A stretch of 64,000 nucleotides of DNA from the NCBI GenBank assembly GCA_964635675.1, contig CAZWPT010000043.1:14963-78962 (forward strand). Reading direction: 5' to 3'. The DNA comes from an uncultured Nitrososphaerota archaeon. Its GTDB lineage: Archaea > Thermoproteota > EX4484-205 > JAAOZP01. The notes under the pieces were generated by a model, which was not told the origin of the DNA, searched no databases, and saw only the letters and a list, made by a program, of their open reading frames with translations. The position numbers and the translations under genes are program-made. Of this stretch, positions 49,513-58,649 are shown piece by piece. Every line of letters begins with the position of its first letter. Within the stretch, counting starts at the first letter, position 1.

Positions 49513-49702
49513 TTTCCACTACCCTTCGTAAACGGTGTTCACCCTTTTCTCCCTTAAAAAAGTATTCTCCCCGAGTAAGGGTCGTGGCGCCAAGCCTTGG
49601 GAAACATTGTTTTCCCCACCCGTTGAAACTGTCTAAACGCCGCCGGGCGGTGGCTGTGAACACCCCGCGGATGCCTCTATGAGGGCGCTGCCCTAAGGGA
49701 TT

Positions 49703-50490
49703 CTAGGTTCCCTCCTCATAGGTGGAGAAGGGTATCCACATGCCTTTCTCAATGGTTATGAGCGTGCTGTAGTTATGCAGCATCCCGTAGTTGTGGCAGT
49801 TTACAGCGTACCATTTGATCTTCCTGTTTCTCGCAAGAGCCTCCTTAATCTGGTCTACGACCGTCACGCTATACTTGTACTCGGAGTGAATCTTCTTAAT
49901 AATGTGAAGCTGGTCTCTCTCCGTTAGGAAAGAGTAGATCGGCGCCAGCGCGTACTCGTCCACTGTTTCAGCCAGGTCCTCCGGGTAGATGGGCTCGTCA
50001 GACTCTATCTCTACGCTGACTATGCTCAGCTGGCCGAAAAGGCCTCCGGGCTCCTCCGGCACGGAAGCCGGGTACGTCGTTATTATCGGGGCGTCAATCT
50101 TGAAAACGATTCTCGGCTTCTCCTTCACGACTGAGGCTCTTCCCGTTAGCGAGCACATGTATCTCACGAGGCATTTCTCCCTGTCGACAGGAGTCAGCTT
50201 CTCGATGAAAAACGGGTAGTCGAACCTTTCAACCGAGCTCGCGTTCGTCTCCCTCATCACGTCCTCAAGAATCCCCATTATGTTTACTGAGCCAAGCTCC
50301 TCCCGGTGTCTATGCAGAACCTGGATGAACCTGTCTCTATCCAGCGGGCTTCAAACTCCTGTTTTACCCGTGCGTGCGCAGTGATGTTCGCCACAGTCGG
50401 CTGCCCCTGTGGGTAGGCTCTGGAGAACGCTCTTATCGGGAAAGGCGGGTTCGTAACGCCGGCGTCAACGATGAACGCTTTCTCCTTTGA
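49703..50490 (-). pseudogene. GTP cyclohydrolase FolE2/MptA-like, frameshifted near 50335 with start unclear
   Basis: upstream frame 'FIVDAGV..PFPI...GQPTVANI...FEARWI(fs)DRFIQVLH' joins ORF 49703-50278 ('YPFFIEK.TPV'). Confidence 0.6.
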
Positions 50491-50558
50491 CGTTTGCCTG
50501 TGCCCCCGCCCCCTAATGCTGAGGGTATGTTATATTTCTTTCGCCGCTTCCCAAGCCT

Positions 50559-51254
50559 TTACACTGCCCTGGGTACGCTTGGAGACTGGACGAATGCTTC
50601 CGCGTAAGGCCTGTCTATAAGGTAGCCTCGAACCTGGGCTAGTGCCCTAAGGTATTTCAGAATATTCGGGAAGACTCTTATCTGCGACCGATAGAGGCTC
50701 ATGGCTTTAATCTTCATGTTGAACGTCGGCGTTACGTCGACTATCATGCTCGGATTAGGAAAGAGGTCGAAGACCTCGAAAAAGTAGACGGTTCCCACTC
50801 TCCAGGGCTCGCCCAGGTCCCCGTATGCCCTCGTCATCGAGCGCCAGCAGGCCTCTGTCGAGCACTCTGAAACAGCCCGGTGTAGATGATGCTTGTCGTT
50901 CGGCGAATGGGTGAAAACCATGTCAGGCTTAAAGTCCCTTACCTCCGCCACAAGCCTTCTCACGACGCTTCTCCGGTCTATGACTTCAGGGATTTCAAGA
51001 ATCCTGTGTTCAACCCCGAGGTATGCCGCCACCTTCTCAGCCTCGCGGGTCCGAACCTCTTCAATCATGTTTTCCTCATACTGGGCTCTTCCACTGGCCG
51101 CAAGCCCTCCTCCCCCTCTTGAGAAAAGCACGACTCTGACTGCACAGTCCTCCCTGTGCAGCCTGCATATCGTGCCTCCTGCCCCTATCAGCTCGTCATC
51201 CGGGTGCGCTGCGAACACTAATACTCTTTCAGGAGTCTTAAACAAGCCAGCCAT
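50559..51254 (-). CDS. PIG-L/LmbE family deacetylase
   Basis: 'AAHPDDE..GAGG', 'FTH...D.H..H', 'SQ', 'AEAF'. Confidence 0.9.
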   Translation of the reverse strand: MAGLFKTPERVLVFAAHPDDELIGAGGTICRLHREDCAVRVVLFSRGGGGLAASGRAQYEENMIEEVRTREAEKVAAYLGVEHRILEIPEVIDRRSVVRRLVAEVRDFKPDMVFTHSPNDKHHLHRAVSECSTEACWRSMTRAYGDLGEPWRVGTVYFFEVFDLFPNPSMIVDVTPTFNMKIKAMSLYRSQIRVFPNILKYLRALAQVRGYLIDRPYAEAFVQSPSVPRAV

Positions 51255-51671
51255 CTTCAAACATGCGTGCGACGGCTTAACATAAATCTTTGCCACGTGC
51301 TTGTTAAGCACGGTTTCAGCAGCCTTTTTCACGCTGCTGGAGAACGTTTAACCCGTGAGCATCCGGTGCTGAACACGGTGGAGCCTGGTCAGTCGAGGGG
51401 TGGTTGTCAAACCTGCGGGAAGACCCCCTGTTTCAAGCCGTTTAAGCCTGCTTAAACTGGGTTTTTAAAAACGGGAAGATTTTGAGCCTCGTGAAGCCTC
51501 CTAACCGAATGTTTTACGCTTTGAAAAATCGTCTAAACCATTTAAAACCCAATTTACAAACGTGATATTATCTGATTTCAAGACTTTAGCGATTTTAGTC
51601 AAAATTTTCCACCCTTTCCATGCGAAAAGACTTATTAATGCGTCCGTTTAACCCAAAGAAGGGTAAAATAA

Positions 51672-51902
51672 ATGTCGGAGGAACTGTCGTTAGCGGCTAT
51701 GTACAGGATTCTCCGGAAGTCCGGAGGAGAAAGAGTGAGCGAGGAGGCTGCGGAGGAACTGTCAAGAATACTGGAGGACATAGGTGTGAGGATCGCCAGG
51801 GATGCTGCACAGCTAGCGGTATTCGCAAGGAGGAAGACGATTCGCGCAGAGGACGTTAGGATGGCTGCTAAACGCTACATGTCCCAGATCCCGGGTGCTT
51901 GA
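51672..51902 (+). CDS. archaeal histone (HMf family variant)
   Basis: 'RILRKSGGERVS', 'RKTIRAEDV'. Confidence 0.93.
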   Translation: MSEELSLAAMYRILRKSGGERVSEEAAEELSRILEDIGVRIARDAAQLAVFARRKTIRAEDVRMAAKRYMSQIPGA

Positions 51903-52074
51903 GCCGAGCAGATTCAGCAGACGCGTGAATCCGCATAGATGAGGACTCAGTGAGAATCATGTGTTTTCAAGAGGTGGACACAGTACTAGGATAATTGTCT
52001 ACACACATGATTATCACCGGCTAGAATTGTACCTGGTAAAAAGGGTTCCTGCTATGCTTTAGCGCGTGCTCAAG

Positions 52075-52512
52075 CTATATGTCTAAAAGAACCTTAATCC
52101 TCGCTTTTCCAGGATACTCTTCTATCTCCATGTCGTGGAGGGTTACCGCCTTCACTTGCGTCCCACTGGTGTGCCATCCGGGCTTGAACTTTTCACCCCT
52201 CATCACGGCTTTGAGAACATACTTGCAGCTCTCCCCCTCTATCTTCACGTTGAAGACTGAGAAAACCATTTGCTCAGCGTCAAGCCTGACAAGTATTGCT
52301 TCCAGCCACTTGTAGAGGAGCATCTGGAGATCCTCGGCTTCAACGGTTTCCTCAACAGTCTGCTCAGGCCTTATTCTGGAAACGTCTGTTACGACTCCCG
52401 TTAATCCTAGGGCAGCGTTCTCGAAAGCCTCCTCCAGGCTTCTCCCGTATGCTTGAACATACACGTCGGAAGTGTGCTCAGGATAGTCATACTTCCCGGG
52501 GCAGGGCTTCAC
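52075..52512 (-). CDS. archease (SHS2 domain)
   Basis: 'EHTSDV...AYG.SLEEAFENAA', 'VKAVT.H', 'LLDI*'. Confidence 0.92.
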   Translation of the reverse strand: MKPCPGKYDYPEHTSDVYVQAYGRSLEEAFENAALGLTGVVTDVSRIRPEQTVEETVEAEDLQMLLYKWLEAILVRLDAEQMVFSVFNVKIEGESCKYVLKAVMRGEKFKPGWHTSGTQVKAVTLHDMEIEEYPGKARIKVLLDI

Positions 52513-52604
52513 GCTTAAGAAGCAGGCGGGGGAGGGGATAAATATTTTCCCCTCCGCGTAGCTAGGAGAATGCGCGACAAGCCCTCCTGCTCCATGCTTT
52601 CCTC

Positions 52605-54548
52605 CTACCTTAATCCTGCGAGCATCAGTATTCTCAGGGCGAGCCCGCCTAGGACGAGGGCGAGGAAAACCTCTGAAACAGTTATGACTAGGGCTTTCCT
52701 CCAGCCGAACTCCATCACCAGGGTTGCGATCGTCGCCACGCAGGGAATGTAGAACATGCTGACGATCGTGAAAACCGTCATTTGAACCTGTGTCAATGCT
52801 TGAGACAGGTCGGCGGTGCCAAGCAGGGTGGTGAGCATTATGAGCGCAAGCTCTTTTCTCAAAACCCCGAACAAGAGTGTTACGCCTGTTTCCACGGGTA
52901 GGCCGAGCCAATCCACTGTGACGGGGGCCAGCAGGCTTGTGAAAACGCTCAGCACGCCAAGCACCTCTAGAAGCTTAACTGTGAGTGTTGACGCGATTAT
53001 CAGCGGGAAGGCTATTTTAAGGAATTCGAGAAGCCTGAACCACGTCTGGCTTAGAACAGTCCTGGGGTGTGGCAGCCTGTAGTCAGGCATCTCCATTATA
53101 AGCCCCGTTGGCTCGCCAGGCAGTATTTTGAAGGCGAGCCTCCCGAGGAGGAAGACTACCAGCAGGTTGAGCGCGTAGAGCACCAGGGCCCACTGTATTC
53201 CTATGAATCTCCCAACTAGGCCGAGTATTATGACTGTTCTGGCGGCGCAGGGCACCAGGGTTGTGACGAACGCTGCGATAAGCCTCTCCCTCTGGGTCTC
53301 CATTATTCTGCACCCTAGGCATGCTGGAACGTTGCAGCCGTATCCCAGTAGCAGGGGTATGAAGGCTTTCCCGTGAAGCCCCATCTTGTGCATTACGCTG
53401 TCCATGAGGAATGCTATCCGGCTCAGGTAGCCGGAGTCCTCCAGGAAGTACAGGGCCAGGTAGAACGGGATTACGTAGGGCAGCGCTATCGTTGCCCCAG
53501 CTATCAGTCCTTCGACAACGCCTCCCCAGAGGAGCCGCCCGATAAACCCTGTTCCGAAAAACCCTTCGAAAAACGGTTTAAAACCGTAGAGAAGGCTGCT
53601 TAAAAGCTCTGAGAAAAAGTTTCCCACGGTGAAGACGAAGAGGAACATTGAGAGCAGTGTCGCAGCCATTACAAGGTATCCGGCGACCCTGTGCGTGGTT
53701 ACGCTGTGAAGCCTCTCGCCCAGGGTTGGTTTCAACGGTGGGACGAGCCTCTGCACTTCTCTAGCTATGTTGTTAGCAGCCTGGTAGCGTTCAGAAGTTA
53801 TCAGGGTCGGGCAGGAGTGGCCGTGGAGCCTTTCAAGCTCCTCGCCGAGGCTTCTCGCAAGAGCCGCCGCCTGAGGCTTCGTTTTTTCAACCTCCTCCCG
53901 AATCTCCCTGTCGCCCTCAAGGAGTTTTATCGCTACGTATCTCGCCGGGTACGGGAGGCCGCTGTCTCTAACTGCTTCAGCAAGCCTCTCTATTCTCTGC
54001 TCAACCTCCTCCCCGTATTTAACCGGCTTCGGCTTTGCTCTAAGCCTTCCCTCGAATATTTCAACAGCCTTCTCCAAGAGTTTGAATATTCCTACTCCCT
54101 TAACCGCGATCGTCGGGACAACCGGCACGTCCAGAATCTCCTCAAGCTTCTCAACATCTATCCGGATGCCTTTCCTGCCCGCAACATCCACCTGGTTTAG
54201 GGCGATGACCATCGGCGTCTCCAGCTCCATGAGCTGCAGGGTGAAGAACAGGTTTCTTTCAAGAACAGAGGCGTCGACAACGTTCACCACCACGTCAGGC
54301 TTATCGACGGCGATGAACCTTCTCGAGATAGACTCCTCTATGGAGTATGTGGAGAGCGAGTATATGCCGGGGAGGTCGACAACGTCAACCGTGTACCCTT
54401 TAAAGTGGAGCGTTCCCTCGGCTTTCTCAACAGTCTTCCCCGGCCAGTTGCCGATATGCTGGTGCAGCCTGGTTAAGTGGTTGAATATTACTGATTTGCC
54501 GACGTTCGCGTTTCCCGCGAGGGCTATAACCAGCTTCCTCCCGCTCAA
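52605..54548 (-). CDS. feoB: ferrous iron transport protein B
   Basis: GNANVGKS, GNWPGKTVE, DLPGIYSL, 'GYGCNVPA'. Confidence 0.96.
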   Translation of the reverse strand: MSGRKLVIALAGNANVGKSVIFNHLTRLHQHIGNWPGKTVEKAEGTLHFKGYTVDVVDLPGIYSLSTYSIEESISRRFIAVDKPDVVVNVVDASVLERNLFFTLQLMELETPMVIALNQVDVAGRKGIRIDVEKLEEILDVPVVPTIAVKGVGIFKLLEKAVEIFEGRLRAKPKPVKYGEEVEQRIERLAEAVRDSGLPYPARYVAIKLLEGDREIREEVEKTKPQAAALARSLGEELERLHGHSCPTLITSERYQAANNIAREVQRLVPPLKPTLGERLHSVTTHRVAGYLVMAATLLSMFLFVFTVGNFFSELLSSLLYGFKPFFEGFFGTGFIGRLLWGGVVEGLIAGATIALPYVIPFYLALYFLEDSGYLSRIAFLMDSVMHKMGLHGKAFIPLLLGYGCNVPACLGCRIMETQRERLIAAFVTTLVPCAARTVIILGLVGRFIGIQWALVLYALNLLVVFLLGRLAFKILPGEPTGLIMEMPDYRLPHPRTVLSQTWFRLLEFLKIAFPLIIASTLTVKLLEVLGVLSVFTSLLAPVTVDWLGLPVETGVTLLFGVLRKELALIMLTTLLGTADLSQALTQVQMTVFTIVSMFYIPCVATIATLVMEFGWRKALVITVSEVFLALVLGGLALRILMLAGLR

Positions 54549-54562
54549 CCCTGTTTCCCCAG

Positions 54563-54859
54563 CTAAGTCTCGCTGCAGCCGGCCTGCGTCTCCTCCACTC
54601 TCACGAAGACTCTTTCAGCCATCCCCCTGCCTATGGCGAGCCTGTACCCCCTTACGAGGATCTCCATCGGCCCGTGGAACGGGGCTGACTTGACAACCGT
54701 GATCCTTGTTCCCGGCGTAATGCCCATGTCCATAAGCCTCTTCTTAAGCCCCCAAGCCCTCCCGTATCCTGACTTCACTGAGACGACAATCCCCGTCTCC
54801 CCGTCTCTCAGCGTCGCCAAGGGTACTTCGCGTCCCCCAGTGTCGGCGGCGGTGCTCAT
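54563..54859 (-). CDS. feoA: ferrous iron transport protein A
   Basis: 'RLMDMGITPG...APFHGP...VRG'. Confidence 0.93.
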   Translation of the reverse strand: MSTAADTGGREVPLATLRDGETGIVVSVKSGYGRAWGLKKRLMDMGITPGTRITVVKSAPFHGPMEILVRGYRLAIGRGMAERVFVRVEETQAGCSET

Positions 54860-55539
54860 TGCCCAACCCCTTTCACGCGTATCAGTGAGGCTAGGCTGAG
54901 GCTCAGCACCCTCTTCTCCCCGTCTACCTCAACCCCGACCTGCTTGTCCGACGCCGGCTTCTCAACAATCCTAACCACGGCTCCCGGAACCATTCTAAGC
55001 CTCTTCAGGTGGAGAAGGAGCTCAGGCTTCTCCTCAACAACTTTAACGATCACCCCCTGCTCGCCCTCAGTGAGCTCCGACAATGGCTGTGTTTCCTCCT
55101 CGGAAAACTTTCCCTGCTCGTTTGGAATAGGGTTTCCATGCGGGCATGTCCTCGGGTAGTTCAGCGCCTTCTCCAAGTGTTTAACCACTTCCTCGGTTAG
55201 GCTGTGCTCCAGCCTGCACGCCGTCTCGTGAACAATGTCCCAGTCCATTTTCAGAAGATCCACTAGAAGCCTCTCCGACAGCCTGTGTCTCCTGACCACT
55301 TGAAGAGCTATTCTGCGGCCCTTCTCAGTTAGCCTAACGCCCCTGTAGGAGGAGTGTTTCACGAAGCCTTCTTCCTCAAGCCGCTCCACCGTGTTCGTAA
55401 CCGTGCCGGGGGCTACTCGCAGGGTTTTGACAATGCTGCTGGTTCTGGCTACTCCCTCCTTCTCCTGAAGCCTGTATATGCATTCCAAGTATTCTTCGAC
55501 GGCCGGGGTTACTTCTTGGCTTACTGTTCTGTCGGGCAA
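54856..55539 (-). CDS. DtxR/MntR family metal-dependent regulator with FeoA-like C-domain
   Basis: 'EEYLE.IY', 'RRHRLSE', 'LEH', 'CPHGNPIP'. Confidence 0.93.
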   Translation of the reverse strand: MPDRTVSQEVTPAVEEYLECIYRLQEKEGVARTSSIVKTLRVAPGTVTNTVERLEEEGFVKHSSYRGVRLTEKGRRIALQVVRRHRLSERLLVDLLKMDWDIVHETACRLEHSLTEEVVKHLEKALNYPRTCPHGNPIPNEQGKFSEEETQPLSELTEGEQGVIVKVVEEKPELLLHLKRLRMVPGAVVRIVEKPASDKQVGVEVDGEKRVLSLSLASLIRVKGVGQ

Positions 55540-55549
55540 CTCTTTTCCG

Positions 55550-55571
55550 AAAGTACGACTTCTCGTACTTT
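55550..55571. promoter_or_regulatory. probable DtxR operator
   Basis: AAAGTACGA-cttc-TCGTACTTT between the TATA box and the dtxR start. Confidence 0.65.
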
Positions 55572-55947
55572 TTAAACCTTTTTCCCTCCCCGAATACTTC
55601 CTCCTTTAAAAATAGTTTTAAACAGGTTTAAAGCCGGGTTGCGCGACGTGGCGCGCGATGCTTAGCCGAATCCTTGCCGGCGATTTTGAGGCCCGTCGGC
55701 GTGATGGCTCAACGTTTAACGCGGCTGGTTCTCTCCGCGTCGGGGAGGATGCTGCAGCCTAAGGAGACGCATAACTCCAAATCGGGACCCGGCTAGACTA
55801 TGCTCCATAAAGCCTGTTGAATTGAAACAAACCATGGTAGCGCGCGCTACAGTATGTTGCACACGGTTGCCGGCGTGACTTCAACTCGCGGCAAAGCTTT
55901 ATATAGGTATTACTGAAACAGGGAAAAGTAATACCGGGTGATTCGGG

Positions 55948-56496
55948 ATGGCTTACTTCACTGTCCGCGACGTAGCCGCCGTAGCGCTTTTCGCAGCGCT
56001 CTGGGGCGTGTTGAACGCCACGGTTTCCCCGATAATATTCACAATGTTCGGCATTCCTGTTTTCTGCGACATGATTGGTTTCGCGTCCCTGATTCTGGCA
56101 GTCTGGTGGGTGAGGAAGCCGGGGGCGGCGAGCGCAGTGGGCTTCGTGGCAACGATCTTGAATTTCGTTTTCAGACCAGGTGCGACGCACTTCCTGGGCT
56201 TCACAGCGGCCAGCGTGGTTTTCGACTTTTTAACCTGGGTTTTCCGCTACGGGAACTGTTTCGGGAGGAAGCGCGTCGGAGCCGTGCTTCTACTGGCTGC
56301 TTCAGCCGCTTCAGCCGCGGTAGCCGGCTTCATAATAGGAGTGTTCTTCATGGCTGCTCCGCAGCTAGTCAGGTGGGGTGGGGTTGTCGGCTGGGTTTTG
56401 CTGCACGTGGCTGGCGGCGTAGTCGGCTGGGCAATAGGCGTGGCGCTGGTTTTAAGCCTGGAGGCCAGGGGCATGCTTAAGCAGGGGGGCATGTAG
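55948..56496 (+). CDS. ECF transporter S-component-like membrane protein
   Basis: 6 TM helices; 'VRKPGAA..VG'. Confidence 0.65.
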   Translation: MAYFTVRDVAAVALFAALWGVLNATVSPIIFTMFGIPVFCDMIGFASLILAVWWVRKPGAASAVGFVATILNFVFRPGATHFLGFTAASVVFDFLTWVFRYGNCFGRKRVGAVLLLAASAASAAVAGFIIGVFFMAAPQLVRWGGVVGWVLLHVAGGVVGWAIGVALVLSLEARGMLKQGGM

Positions 56497-56916
56497 ATGC
56501 TGACTCGTGTTCCCCGTGATCTTTTAGAGAGGGCTGTTAGCCTGCATGGCCATTTAGGCCCGTTTCTTGTTCTAGGTTTGAAAATGGGTTTGAAGGCTGA
56601 GAGCACTATTGGCAAGCCTGTTGCCTGCGAAGTAGCCACCCCGGGGAGGAAGCCCTTCCTGTGCGTCGTCGACGGCTTGAAGACTGTTGTCGGCTGCAGT
56701 GTTGCTTTAAGAGAGGGGGAGGGCTTATCCGCCCGGTTCGGCAACACTGAGGAGGATGAGCTTGTCCTAAGGGTTAGGGCGAGCGTTGTGGAGAAGTATG
56801 CTGATAAGTACGTGGGGGAGCCGTGGGAGGGCTGTGAGAAGGACGCGTATGAAGTCTTGGAGAGCAGTGACGAGGAGCTTTTCGAACCCTGGGCTTCCCG
56901 AGGGCCCGCTGGCTGA
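56497..56916 (+). CDS. FmdE family protein
   Basis: 'LHGHLGPFLVLG.KMG', 'C.VDG'. Confidence 0.85.
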   Translation: MLTRVPRDLLERAVSLHGHLGPFLVLGLKMGLKAESTIGKPVACEVATPGRKPFLCVVDGLKTVVGCSVALREGEGLSARFGNTEEDELVLRVRASVVEKYADKYVGEPWEGCEKDAYEVLESSDEELFEPWASRGPAG

Positions 56917-56926
56917 CGGTTTATTT

Positions 56927-58291
56927 TTAAATGCTTCTAACTATTAGAACCGCTTCCTCCATGAACGGGGCTTTGAAGACCCTTGTATCCCCGCCTTCAA
57001 CCTTCTCCTCGCCGACTGTTTCCCCCGTAACCGGGTTGAGCCATTCAGCCCTGAGGCTCCCCCTCGCCCCCGAAAAGTCTACCCATATGGTTGAAGGGTA
57101 TTCCCTCGGAATGTAAACCACGTATTCTTCTCCCGGGCTCGCTAGGCAATAGCCTGTTTGAGAGAGCCCCGGGCGGGGGGTGAGCCCTGCGAGGTTCAAT
57201 TTTTCCGCAAGCATGCGGGTGCAGCCCATTGCTCTCCGGACGGGCTCCCATCTTTGGTCAATCCTTCCAGTGTCTTTCAACCCTAGGCCTGTGAGCCCGC
57301 CCGCGGTGTAGCCGCTGTCATAAGGATCCATGAATACAGGGTTATAGCCTCTGGTGAAGGCTTTCCAAACCCAGGTTGAGTCGCCGCCTATTCCCCAAAG
57401 GTGGTCTGTGTCCAGGAGAACAATCTTCCCGCCGTCAGCCGGAGGCGGGTCATACTTGTAGCTGTAGCCGTTTCGGGCAGCAGGGTTTGGAGAAACCCAT
57501 TCCGCCGGGCTTCTGAAAAGGTCTTCATTGTCGCCAGGCCTCCCCGGAGCCCAGGGGACAGTCATTCCAACAGGGTGCTGCCTCCCCATGGTTTTCTCAA
57601 GCCTGTGGATGAAGCTAATCATATGGTACTGCCACTCGACTGATTCGCTGCCGCTTTCATTCGATACCTCGTAAAGCACGTTATCCAGGTCGTTAACTGT
57701 TTCAACAACCCTCGTGACGTAAGCCTCCTGCAGCATGGTGATCTCCGGAAACCTGAGCGTGTGTACTAGGCGTCCATCCCCAAGCCCATAAGGGTCTCCG
57801 TCTACACCGTTCACATTATTATTCCTGTTGAACGGGTGCTGGTTAAACGGGTTTATCCTCCTCCCCTTGCTTTCAACATCCCATCCTTGGAAAAGCATTA
57901 TTGAAACATAGATTCCTTGTCTACCGGCTGCGATAACCCTGTTGCGCAGCCTCTCGAAATACTCCTCGTTAAACTCCGCTAGGTTAAACCTTCCGGAGGA
58001 TGTACGCCTGTAGGGAAGAGGGTGGACCACCAGCTTGTCCTCGCTCCATCCGCGAAGCCATTCTCCTCCAGTGCCGCATTCCCAGGTCCACATCCGCATG
58101 AAGTTATGGTTGTGCTTCCTCATGAAGTCAAGGTAGGCTTCATAGTTGAAAGGCGAGTCGTCTTCAAACTCCTGAAGGTTGCTCCAAGTATGGGATCCGG
58201 TTAGATAAACTGCTCTACCCGTTGAGTCGCAGAAATAACGCGGGTTAGCCGGATGGGTCTTTAAAGGGCCAGGCAAGCTGGGTGAAGCCAT
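56927..58291 (-). CDS. putative glycoside hydrolase (DUF6298/DUF4038-like TIM barrel + collagen-binding-like C-domain)
   Basis: 'HPANPRYF', 'LTGSHTW', 'NVLYEVSNE', 'DTDHLWG', 'EWLNP.TG'. Confidence 0.75.
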   Translation of the reverse strand: MASPSLPGPLKTHPANPRYFCDSTGRAVYLTGSHTWSNLQEFEDDSPFNYEAYLDFMRKHNHNFMRMWTWECGTGGEWLRGWSEDKLVVHPLPYRRTSSGRFNLAEFNEEYFERLRNRVIAAGRQGIYVSIMLFQGWDVESKGRRINPFNQHPFNRNNNVNGVDGDPYGLGDGRLVHTLRFPEITMLQEAYVTRVVETVNDLDNVLYEVSNESGSESVEWQYHMISFIHRLEKTMGRQHPVGMTVPWAPGRPGDNEDLFRSPAEWVSPNPAARNGYSYKYDPPPADGGKIVLLDTDHLWGIGGDSTWVWKAFTRGYNPVFMDPYDSGYTAGGLTGLGLKDTGRIDQRWEPVRRAMGCTRMLAEKLNLAGLTPRPGLSQTGYCLASPGEEYVVYIPREYPSTIWVDFSGARGSLRAEWLNPVTGETVGEEKVEGGDTRVFKAPFMEEAVLIVRSI

Positions 58292-58373
58292 TCCCTGCAG
58301 TAGGAGCCCAGTTAATATTTAAAAATTTAAGACGGCGTCGACTGATAAATGAGGCCGGGTTTGAAGCGCGTGA

Positions 58374-58631
58374 TCAGTATGAAACAGTTATGGCTTTCTG
58401 CGGGCAGGCTTTAACGCATTTGCCGCAGCGGGTGCAGAGCGAGAGCCATACTGGCGTTATCTGCCAGTACTGCGGGTCGTAGGGATTATCCTCCTTCACG
58501 TTGAAAGCCATGTGTCGCACGAAGACCGCTGGGTCACAGACCAGCAGGCACTTGCTGCACTGCCTAGGGTCTATTCCCCCCGTCGCGTTCCCGCATTTAG
58601 AGTAGTCGATTACTATCTTCGTCTTCCCCAC
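58374..58631 (-). CDS. small ferredoxin-like protein
   Basis: C..C..C...CP motifs. Confidence 0.75.
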   Translation of the reverse strand: MGKTKIVIDYSKCGNATGGIDPRQCSKCLLVCDPAVFVRHMAFNVKEDNPYDPQYWQITPVWLSLCTRCGKCVKACPQKAITVSY

Positions 58632-58649
58632 CCGTGTTCACCCCGGGGG

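Noticed and set aside
51455-51660. AT-rich region as replication origin
   Set aside because: No clear ORB repeats or cdc6/orc1; explained as the divergent promoter region of the histone gene.
41-55850. CRISPR array interpretation of the recurring palindrome
   Set aside because: The repeat is only 8-12 bp, spacing is irregular (60 bp to >10 kb), and no cas genes are present.
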